Assembly (NCBI GenBank): GCA_963514005.1
Contig: OY740791.1
Location: forward strand, 51,708,001-51,772,000
Source of the DNA: Raja brachyura
Taxonomy: Eukaryota
DNA: 64,000 nucleotides
Reading direction: 5' to 3'
The notes beneath the pieces are model-generated. The model had not been told where the DNA came from. It was given only the letters and a program-made list of their open reading frames with translations, and searched no databases. A program made the position numbers and the translations under genes. Below, one piece after another: positions 25,901 through 37,900 of this stretch (position 1 is the stretch's first letter; the number at the start of each line of letters is the position of its first letter).

Positions 25901-28900
25901 TGCTAACAAAGTGGATGACTTCACATTTATCCACATTAAACGGCATCGCTATGTGTCTGCCCACTCACCCAACCTGTCCAAGTCACCCTGCATTCTCATA
26001 GCATCCTCCTTACAGTTCACACTGCCACCCAGCTTTGTGTTATCTGCAAATTTGCTAATGTTACTTGTAACCCCTTCATCTAAATCATTAATATATAATG
26101 TAAATATATGCATGTGGCACCTTATCAAACACTTTCTGAAAATCTAGGTAAACAACATCTACTGACTTTACTTTGTCCTGCTATTTACTTCTTAAAAGGA
26201 TTCCAGCAGATTCATCAGGCAAGATCTCCCCTTCAAAAAACCATGCTGACTTCGGCCTATTTTATCATGAACCTCTAAGCACTCCGTAACCTCATCTTTG
26301 CAATCTATGAAATTCTCTGCCACAGAAGGCAGTGGAGGCCAATTCATGGATGTTGTCAAGAAAGAGTTAGGTTTAGGTCTTAGGGCTAAAGGAATTAAGG
26401 GATATGGGGAAAAAGTCGGAACGGGGTACTGATTTTGGATGATCAGCCATGATCATATTGAATGGTGGTGCAGGCTCCAAGGGCTGAATGGTCTACTCCA
26501 GCACATATTTTCTGTTTCTATAATGGACTCTAAAATGTTACCAACCACCAAGTCAGACTATAGTTCCCACTATTCTGTTTTGCTCCCTTCTTGCACAGTG
26601 GGGATCATTTGGTAATTTTCCAATTGTCTGGAACCATTCCTGACTATAGCAATTCTTGAAATATCACTATTAATGCCTCCACTTTCAAAACTCCTTACAT
26701 TTTTGTCTAAATTTCTCTCTATATATCACAGAGGTCTCAACCTGTAGAACACCACTGGTCAAAGACCTCCAACCAGCATGATACCATTCCACCACTACCA
26801 TCCACCTTCTATGTCAAACTCAATTTGAATCCAATCCACCAAAACTCCATACATCAAAATGTGCCTTAATAATGTACCATGTCAAATGCTGTTAGTTATA
26901 AAATTCATCTGATCTTATTGTTTCAATGTTACCTGGCTTATGCTGGATTGCATCAGTTATTGAGGAAAGTTGAGATTTACCTTCAGCTTCCCCCTTTGAT
27001 TGTGGAGGTCTCTGTGTTTCTTTTCCCAAACCTGTTCAGACAAAGGACAGCACTTAAAATGATTTTGCTTTGCTTTTAAATTCACACACTTAAAAAAAAG
27101 CTTGAGATGTCCACGAGCTCAGATATTTCAAAGTATCAAAAACATTATGACCATATATAATCAATCATTTTCTAGTCAGGTTTGGTAAAACTGCACTGTC
27201 TAAATTATGTACTTGTGTTCAAAGCTATTGGGTTCATGCCCTGCACCAGATTACTATTACATTATCACAGATTACCTGGACATTAATCAAAGACCCTCTG
27301 AGAATACCACATTAGTCTCAGAAGTATTAAATTTGAGAAATTGCATTTTTGTAAAGATAGAAATAATTAATCTACTGCCTAATTTTGCATGCAAAATTAG
27401 TCAATGGGTTGAATGGAATTATTTATTTTATAAAGAGAACACAGTGAGTGTAAATAAGTGTCAGGATGTCTTCAAGAATTGAGTGTTCCATGTGTAGGGG
27501 ACCTTGATGATTTGTTGCACCAGGCGCTGCTGTTTAGTTGAGAGCTACTGCCTTCAGTAAAAAATGTTCTGTTCATACCCTGGTAACTGTCTGATAGACT
27601 CCATGTGTCATAACATAGAAAGACACCCTCACACACACCAGATTGGAAGAGTATCTGAGCATATAATTGAAAATGACACTCCACTTTCGTATTGTGCGAT
27701 TGCTGAGGTACCACCTGATCAGAGATTATCATTGTGATTATTTGTAAAACTAAGATCTTTCTGCCCTCTCAGTTGGACACAAGAGATCTCAAGGCAAAGG
27801 AGATTGCTCATGACAACATTGGTAGCCTAGACATGGCAATGTTTTAGCAAACTGAACAAAAAAGTGAAATCCACCTCCTCAACAACAGAAACACAAATAC
27901 ATTTATGCATCTGATCCCAGGAAATGTTCTTTTCCCTTCAGCACATTGAGAAAATTGTCAGTGCAAGTTTTTTGAATCATATGCTCATTAAGAACTTCAT
28001 CGTGCACCTTACCTCTCAGCTTACGAATTGCCAGAAACAACACCACTGCCAGGATGAAGATCAGAGAAGCCACGAGGCAAATAATAATAATTTGCATTGG
28101 ATAGGAATTATCTGTCAGAAGAATAATTTGATTTGGAGAGGAAGTATTTGTCAGATGAATAATTTGATTTGGAGAGGAAGTATCTGCCAGAAGAATAAGC
28201 ACAGACGTTATGCACTAAACACATACAGGAATTTTCTAAACCATTATTCCAAACCATTTCCAATCTTATACATGGATACCATTCCTATCCATATACATGT
28301 CCAAATGGGTTTTAAATTTTGTTGTTGTACCTATCTCAATCATCTCCTCTGGCAGCTTGTACCACCACCACCACCCTCTGTGTGAAAAAGTTGCCCCTCA
28401 ATTTCCTACTAAGTTTTCCACTCTCAGCTTCAACCTATGGGTTTTGATTCCCCTACTCTGGGTAAAAGACTGCATTTACCCCATTTATCCCCCTCATGAC
28501 CTTATACATCTTTATAGTCTCATTCCTCACTCTCTTGCCCTCCACGGAATAATGTCCAAGTCTGACTCCTTCTCCCTATAGCTCAGGCTGCCCTCTGGTC
28601 CAGACAACATTCAGATAAATCTTTGCTGCATTCCTTCCAGCTTAACAACATCTTTCCAATAACAGAGTGACCAAAACTGAACACAATACTCCAAATACGG
28701 CCTCACTCACGTCATGTACAACTGTAACATAACATCTCAACTTCCATACTCAATACTCTGACTGATGCAGGCCAATGTAATGAAAGCCTTGACCAACCTA
28801 TCTACTAGATCCCTCTGCTCTATAACACTGCCCAGGGTGGTGCCTCAGGGCAAAGGCAACTCAGATTCTGGGCTGTGACTGAAATAATGGCTGGAAGAGA

Positions 28901-31900
28901 ACTGTTCACAACTGGGTGGCTAATGGCTTCAAACATCAATCCTTTCTAACCAGGAGCACGAAACCTATAAATGCTGGAAACCCTCAACAGGTCAGGCAAT
29001 GTCCATGGGAAGAGAAACTAATTCAGAGTAGTTTATTGTCATTTACACAGTGCAATAAAGTTCCTTGTTTGCATGCAGCTCATTGATTAAATAGTACAAC
29101 TGATATAACTGGTACAATGTGTGCAACGAGGAATGCCCAACATAGCAGAATGGTGCAAAGATTGTGGAACAAACTGAAGTAGTGCAAAGTTACATTTTCA
29201 GTCTGATTCTAGCTTTCTCTGATTTTATTTCAAGTTTAAGCAGATGTATTTAATTTTTTGTTGTATCAAGCACCAGAGCAGCCTATTGCTATCAGTCCAG
29301 CTGGAACACACTATTCTATTGCCATGCTGCAGAAAATGCCTTTATGTGTTTAGTGCATAAAGTGCCTGTCCTACCATCATCCGACTCCATGCGATGAGCG
29401 CGATCAAACTAGAAGCGGGGGCCACGCAGAGGTTGGGTGATCCCTGTACAGGGCCGTTCCCACCAGCATGCGCCTGCATGCAGCAAGCGCGACCAAACCG
29501 GCAGTAGGGGCCGCGCGGAGGTCGGGTGAGTGGCGCAACGCGGCGCAAAGTGAGGCGAACTTGGAGCGAAGTCTAAAGGTAAGTTCGCCAGGACAGAGAG
29601 GGACAGAGAGGGGCACAGAGGCACACACAGAGACGGCCACAGAGCCACACACAGAGAGGGTCATGGAGGCACCTACAGAGAGGGTCACGGAGGCATGACG
29701 TCGAGAGAGGGTCACGGAGGCATGATTTGTAATGCGTCGAGGCGACTGCGAGCCGACAAGCCGTTGCTGTGCGGAATTTTTGATCATAGTCAGTTTTTCA
29801 GTGCCCCACACGATGTCGGGACGAACTCCGCACAATTCCGCACGGCTCCGGCGATCGAAGTGGGACCGGCCCCGTGACGCCGGACGGCTCAAGCGACCAC
29901 GTTAGGTCGCGCTCATCGCATAGATTTGCATCTGGTGGGACAGGCCCTTAACTTTTCAGTTCTTGTAGTAAGGTTGTCTAGTGCATCAATGCCACACAGT
30001 TGCCAATCTGTTCACACACCCATTTACCCAAGGCTCCAGCACACAGGACAACTCAGTTACGTATGTGTAGACTGGTTTATGCATGACAACAAATCATATA
30101 TAGGTTAGCATCACTAACCCCACCTTACTGTATCATTTATATTAACACCCACTTCCTACACTTCAGGTAGCAGTTAGGATGCTCTGACGACTAACAATCT
30201 ACTGTACTGCTAGAATCTGCATATTGACTAAAGATGATCTTGGATTACATGTCGTGTGTATCTCTTTTTTACAGAATGTTAGGAACATTTCTCGGGAATG
30301 TTAATGGAACTGCAGCTGGCTGTGGTTAGGCCAAAGCATGGGGAGGTTTGTGCACCAGCACCTGGAGGTCAAGGTTCAAAGTCAGATCTGCCCCAGAGGA
30401 GTCTGATGGAAATAGTGATGATGATGCGAAGATGGCAAGGGTTCTACATGTCTGGCAACAGGGAAAATATATCAAAGAGTGTCAAAGGTCCCATATCCAA
30501 CCTCCCGCATGGACTTCTGCAGAGCCATGAGCTCAGGTTTCCACTCCAAGGGTTGGAGACACAACATTGGGAGTGGGTGTGGGTGTGGTCTCTCCCTTGG
30601 TTCAGCGGCTGATGAAGCAGGGTTCTACTATCACTGAGGCACGGGCAGAGGAAAAACAAAGCCTTCATTCCTCAGTGGAATGTTTATTTCATCCCATCCA
30701 GTTTAGTGGTTTCAGACTTCCCAGATGAGGCCAATGCAGGAACTACAGATTATTCCACAGAGGGGGCAGGAGGAGATTGACAGGGTGAATGAATGGTTAG
30801 TTTGTGAGGAGTTGCACTCTTTCTATTGTTTATATAGGGTTTCTGTCTACTTTCAATGCAAGGATCTAATGCTCTTGATGCCATCCTGAATGATCCTTCT
30901 CAACTTTCAGCAGCTATGGGCTAGTTATTTCCAATGATCACTGAAAATGTTGCAATCATTTTAAGGCATCTTTGAAAACATCCATGAATCTTTCCCTCCA
31001 TCCTTCTGGTGGTCTCTTTCCATAATTGATCACTGAATATAGTGTATGTTTCAACGTCTGCTGTTGGGCATGTGATCAAAGTGACTTGGCCAAATGAATG
31101 TAGATCAGGACTGAGTGGAGATGCTGGTCTGGGGAAGGACAGCAGCATTGGTTTACTTCTCCTTCACGTGAATTTGGAGAATTTTGCAGAGATTACCTTG
31201 GCGTTATCGTTTTGAGGATGATCCTCATCTTCAACTAAATGTGGACTGAACTTCATTTACCTGCCCTGCCCTACAGCACTGGGCTCTGAAAATAATTGTT
31301 GACAGTGACACTGTGAATAACATTGAGCTGCTCTCCTAGCTCAGGAGTAGCCGAGCAACACCCCACAGCCACAGATATTCCATCGATTGCAGCCTTTTCC
31401 ATGCTTGAATTTGACTTTAAGATGAGTTGAAGGTGCAGATAGCTATTAATGACTATGATTATAGATGGGATCATGGAGACATGGCTCCAGGGTGACCAAG
31501 GCTGGGAGCTGAACATCCAGGGATATTCAATATTCAGGAGGGATAGACAGAAAGGAAAAGGAGGTGGGGTAGTGTTGCTGGTTAGAGAGGAGATTAACGC
31601 AATAGAAAGGAAGGACATTAGCTTGGAGGATGTGGAATCGATATGGGTAGAGCTGTGAAACACGAAGGGGCAGAAAACGCTAGTGGGAGTTGTGTACAGG
31701 CCATCTAACAGTAGTAGTGGAGTTGGGGATGGCATCAAACAGAAAATTAGAAATGCGTGCAACAAAGGTAAAACAGTTATAATGGGTGACTTCAATTTAC
31801 ATATAGATTGGGTGAATCAAATTGGCTGGGGTGTGGAGGAAGAGGTTTTTTGGAATGTGTGCGGGCTAGTTTTCTAAACCAACATGTAGAGGAACCGACG

Positions 31901-34900
31901 AGAGAGCAGGCTATTCTGGACTGGGTATTGAGTAATGAGGAAGGGTTAGTTAGCAGACTTGTTGTGCGTGGCCCCTTGGGCAAGTGACCATAATATGTTT
32001 GAGTTCTTCATTAGGATGGAGAGTGACATAATTAAGTCAGAAACAAGGGTTCGGAACTTAAAGAAAGGTAACTTTGAGGGTATGAGACGTGAATTGGCCA
32101 AGATAGACTGGCAATTGATTATTAAAGGGTTGACAGTGGATGTGCAATGGAAGGCATTTAAAGACTGCATGGATGAACTACAACAATTGTTCATCCCAGT
32201 TTGGGAAAAAAAAAATCATGCAAAGTAGTGCATCCATGGATAACATGGGAAATCAGGGATAGTATCAAAATAAAAGATGAAGCATACAAATTAGCCAGAA
32301 AAAGCAACCTACCAGAGGATTGGGAGAAATTCAGTGTCCAGCAGAGGAGGACAAAGGGCTTAATTAGGAAAGGGGAAATAGATTATGTAAGATAACTGGC
32401 AGGGAACATAAAAACTGACTGCAAAAGTTTTTATAGATATGTGAAGAGAAAAAGATTAGTTAAAACAAATGTAGGTCCCTTGCAGTCAGAAACAGGTGAA
32501 TTGATCATGGGGAACAAAGACATGGCCGACCAATTGAAAAACTACTTAGGTTCTGTTTTCACTAAGGAAGACATAAATATTCTGCCGGAAATAGCAGGGG
32601 ACCGGGGGTTAAATAAGATGGAGGAACTGAGGGAAATCTAGGTTAGCCGGGAAGCGGTGTTGGGTAAATTGAATGGATTAAAGGCCGATAAATCCCCAGG
32701 GCCAGATAGGCTGCATCCCAGAGTACTCAAAGAAGTAGCCACAGAAATAGTGGATGTATTAGTGATAATTTTTCAAAACTCTTTAGATTCTGGAGTAGTT
32801 CCTGAGGATTGCAGGGTAACCCCACCTTTTAAAAAAGGAGGGAGAGAGAAAACAGGGAATTACAGACCAGTTAGTCTAACATCGGTAGTGGGGAAAATAC
32901 TGGAGTCAGTTATTAAAGATGGGATAGCAGCACATTTGGAAAGTGGTGAAATCATTGGACAAATTCAGAATGGATTTACTAAAGGTAAATCATGTCTGAT
33001 GAATCTTATAGAATTTTTCGAGGATGTAACTAGTAGAGTGGATAAGGGAGAACCAGTGGATGTGGTATATCTGGACTTTCAGAAGGCTTTCGACAAGGTC
33101 CCACATAAAAGATTAGTATACAAACTTAAAGCACACAGTATTGGGGGTTCTGTATTGATGTGGATAGAGAACTGGCTGGCCGACAGGAAGCAAAGAGTAC
33201 GAGTAAACGGGTACTTTTCAGAATGGCAGGCAGTGACTAGTGGGGTACCGCAAGGCTCAATGCTGGGACTCCAGCTATTTACAATATATTTTAATGATTT
33301 GGACGAGGGAATTGAATGCAACATCTCCAAGTTTGCGGATGACACGACGCTGGGGGGACGTGTTAGGTGTGAGGAGGATGCTAGGTGGGACGTGTTCGGT
33401 GTGAGGAGGATGCTAGGAGGCTGCAAGGTGACTTGGATAGGCTGGGCAAATGCATGGCAGATGCAGTATAATGTGGATAAACGTGAGGTTTTACTTCGGA
33501 GTCACGTGAGTGACTCCATGAAGAAGGCCCACCAGGCCGCATGCGCACCAGTACGTCAGCCATATTGGCGCAAGCATCAATCTGGCAGGACACAGCTCCT
33601 GCCGGTGGTAAGTTAAACTTAAAAGGTAAGTTTGGGTTTTTACTTACCAGAGGTTTCTAGGCTCTTTTTATAGAGGATTTTCCTGCCAGTTTCGCAGCCC
33701 GACAAGTTGCCGGTTATGGACTGTGGGGAAATTCCAGTCCGACCACAAATACGGATAAACCGGCAAAATTGATCAGGTTGCGAGATAAGGAGCCGCTAAT
33801 AGTGCAGTTAGTGACTCCCCAGCCTGCAGGGATGCCGTAAAAATGGCAAAAAATGTAAGCAGAGTCGCTGACAGGGGGGTCAGCGGCTTCCAGCCTGCAG
33901 GGATGCCGTAAAAAAGGCAAGAAATTTAAGCAGAGTCGCTGACAGGGGGGTCAGCGTCTCCCAGCCTGTGGGATGCCAGAGTCGTGCCAGCGCCACCTGA
34001 TACAGGGCTGTTTGATTTGTGACATTACCGGCCTATGGGAAAACCGTGCCAGCAGCGCCTGACAGGGCTGCTTCATGTGTGAAGTGCCGGCCTATGGGAC
34101 AGCTGTGCCAGCAGCACCTGATGCAGGGCCGTTTCATGTCAAAAAGTGCCGGCCTTTACGAAAGGCGGCGCCGGCAACGCCTGGGACAGGGTTGCTCACA
34201 TTCACACATATCTGCTCGTCCACGGAGTCGGGAGATGATTCTCCACCGGGGCTAGAGAGCAAGGCCCACGGAGTCAGGGGATGAATTCCTCACCAGGGCT
34301 GGATAGTGCATTGAAATGACTATCCTAAATACAGCAACTGTGTATCAAAGGTCTCCCTCTCGGAGGCAGAGACCAAGATGGGTCAGTATCCTGCCGACAC
34401 TGAGTCTCAGGGTATGGCCGTGGGGCATACCCAAAGGGATGAAGGGCACGTATCAGAGGTACCTTTCCTGACAATAAAGTTGCCATCCCAGTAAAATATT
34501 CTATTGGGTTAAGGCCAATGGGTTCGTATCAGTATTTGTATCCTGCATCCTGCGGCAGCGCCTGTTAAGGTTGCCTATGAATCACCCTCTCTGAGGAGGG
34601 AAGAGCAAAAGGTCAAGATGACTCCGGGCTCTAAAAGTGTCAATAGAATATACTCAAGCACATATGTGCCAGCAGTGAACAACGCCAACAGGGTAATGTG
34701 AGAGCCAGCCGCTGAATTGGTTATTCAGGTAGGTCTATTCTACAGGGGAAGAAGCCTGGCAGACAAATTAATTCGGCCAATGACGGGGTAAAGTCATCAT
34801 TCAGAACGCACCCCAGGTGCTCATCGGCAGTAGCGGTTCACTGGAGCTGGGGCAGCATGATAGCTTAGAAATTCCATGCACCTTCCAATCATGCTCAACT

Positions 34901-37900
34901 AAATGGGTCTAGCACTTCCAAAATTTGGGTAGTGCACCGTTCACAAGTTGTAATATTTACATTTGTTTGTACAACACACAAAGGGTAAAAATATTTGGTT
35001 GAGGCACAGCCGGAGCATTCCAAGTAAGTTTGGATTATGGCCAGGGTTTGGAAATTGGGCAAAAGTTCTCATGCAAACCACCCATGCAATAAGGCAGGAT
35101 TGGCATGTTATTATGAAGAATGGAGAGTATTGGGCATATGAACATTCCGAATGTAAAAACTTATTCCTGACTACAACAGATTCATAAGGTAAGAGATACA
35201 TGTTATACAAATCTTATTACAAAGGTTATCATAGACAATATAACTGTACTATAACAGTAAAGCTTTGCAGTATGGGATAAACTGTTTGTTGGTCATTAGG
35301 ATTTACCTTTAATTATTATTAGCCTTGTCTCCGCCTTGTGGCAAGAGATTGGGGTTATAGCAATCTGTAACAAAACTGAGTTATTTTCATTAAGAGTAAT
35401 TGGCAATATAGCAACTGTGTTCCAGCTGAGCAAATCAAGGAACTGATATTGAGTAAGTAGCAATTAGATCGTTGTTAACAACCTTGTGCTATTGTCAGCT
35501 GAGGCTACTTCAGCCACAATGATGAAGTAACAGTATTCAGCATTGCTGAACATGACAATAACTCATTGAACTTCAACTTGTAACTCGCTACAGTAGTGTG
35601 GTCGGTTGAATACCGTTATTATGAACTGATGTTTAGAACTCTAAGATGAGAAGTTCCAAATACTATCACCTATTCAAAGGTAGTGGAGATTGCATGAGTT
35701 ACCAATTCTTCAGTTGTTGGTATCAACTAAATATATACACCAAATGCACCCATGAGTAAGGGGTTTTGAGCGAATATACATATTCCACATGCTCAAATTC
35801 AAGTTGCTACTCTACGATGGTGACATATGTTAGTCACATGATAATCAAGGGAACAATATCCTGTAATTAATCTCCTTGCCACTGGTGTATCATCCAGTTC
35901 AGATCGATGATAACACAGAATAAGTGTTGGATCTCAAAGTATGATGATAGCATGGTTCAATACTTCATCGAATATTCATCATGTTAATGCATGTTTTTCA
36001 CTCATTGCAAAAAATATGTGGCACAACAGTGCGGAGAAATACTTTCTCGCTTCAATAGGAGGAATGGTCTTTATGCTTTCCTCATTTTTTGCCTCATTAG
36101 CCGGGTCTTAAAACAGTCAGCAAGACCTTGCTTGGGTTCGTACTGTCGGACTAGCCAAGCGTCCATGTTGCCTTCAGGCATTATGGCACAACGGTATACG
36201 GTTATGCCAAAAAATAAGAACTTGCTGTTTCAAACTGTGGTTCAGGAGACTGGCTTTTGCACAGTAAAACAATTATTGATCTACACATTTTGAATGGATT
36301 GACTTTTTCCTCAGGTTGTCACATCAAGCCATGAAGATGCTCATGGCAGTGTGTAGGGATAGCACCCAAAAAAGCAATCCATTCCTATTGAGGGGATCAG
36401 AAGTGTTTGTTAAATGTGAATGTTAAATTTAATACGGTACAGATTCCTGACATTTCCAGCTCATTTTAAATGGTTTTGACAATAATTCAGTTATAGAGAC
36501 ACTACAGCTGCAATATAAGGGAACTACGCTCTCAGGTCCAACCCGGATATTGAGTTGTTAAATGATCTTGACACAAGTTCGCCCACTACAAGATTATGCA
36601 GTTGGTTAATGAAAATGTGTGAACATTACTTCACCAAGGGGTTCCAGCTACATCCTTAGTTATGACACTTATATCAGCACAACAACGGCAAACATTGCAA
36701 ATGTTGTGGCTAGATAGGATGGAATTGGCTGCAGGTGCCATTACATTTACATTCTGGTCTATACAACCAGAGTAGACCAGGGGTAGCATGATTGAAGATC
36801 ATTTGAACACCCCACGGTCTCACTTCTATGTTATCTAGGCCACCAGAATCCTAACAAGTATGGAATCAGCATTGTTTATTAGTTAGCAAACAACTACACA
36901 AAGGCAGGTTGGTTCAGACTTTTTTCATGGTGGCTGCAGCAGGTTCTGGGTTATACAGATATTAACACTGATGATTGCATATCTCATTCCACCAGGTCAG
37001 TATCAACGTCAGCGTATCATTTAGATAGTGTGTTTACATCTCATTCCACTAGGGCAGCAGCTACGTTGGCGGCCAAGATGAGGGATGTGCCCTTCGACCA
37101 TACTTCAGCTGCCGGATGGGCAAATGGGCTGATGTTTCAGAATTTTTATCATCGGCCGATTGTCAATCCAGGACTGTTTGCCTATGCCATTTTAAGTACC
37201 TAAATTTAAGGGGTACTGTCGTTTGTTTACATTGTTAAATAAACCCTATTTCTACATTGAATGTAATGATACTACTAATGCATTTATTTCTCTTTAGAGT
37301 TAATCAATGCAGTGGGATGCCGAGATTTGTAATCTGCGGCATGAAATCACAAAGCTTTGAACTCTTCACGGAATCACTCACGTGACTCCGAAGTAAAATA
37401 GTAAGATTAAACGAGAACTTACCAGTTTGAAGTTTGATCTTGATTTTATGAGGAGTTCCGTTGGTGATTACGTGCCCGCCACGCCTAACCCTCTCTCATA
37501 AAGGATCATATAGTAGTTCTCGAGTCACTGATCTTACTATGTACTTCGGTTTGGTTATTTGTGATTTCATACCACTGCTTTGAAGTTTGGTGCGCATGCG
37601 GCCTGGCGGGCCTTCTTCACGTAATCACCAACTTCAAACTGGTAAGTTCTCGTTTAATCTTACTATTATCCACTTTGGTGGCAAAAACAGGAGGGTAGAC
37701 TATTATCTGAATGGTGGCCGATTAGGAAAAGGGGAGATGCAACGTGACCTGGGTGTCATGGTACACAAGTCATTGAAAGTAGGGATGCAGGTGCAGCAGG
37801 CAGTGAAGAAAGCGAACGGTATGTTAGCATTCATAGCAAAATGATTTGAGTATAGGAGCAGGGAGGTTCTACTGCAGTTGTACAGGGTTTTGGTGAGACC

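Noticed and set aside
29342-29892. Cluster of overlapping GC-rich ORFs
   Set aside because: They lie within a TIR/TAA-bounded Harbinger MITE; stop scarcity is explained by GC content
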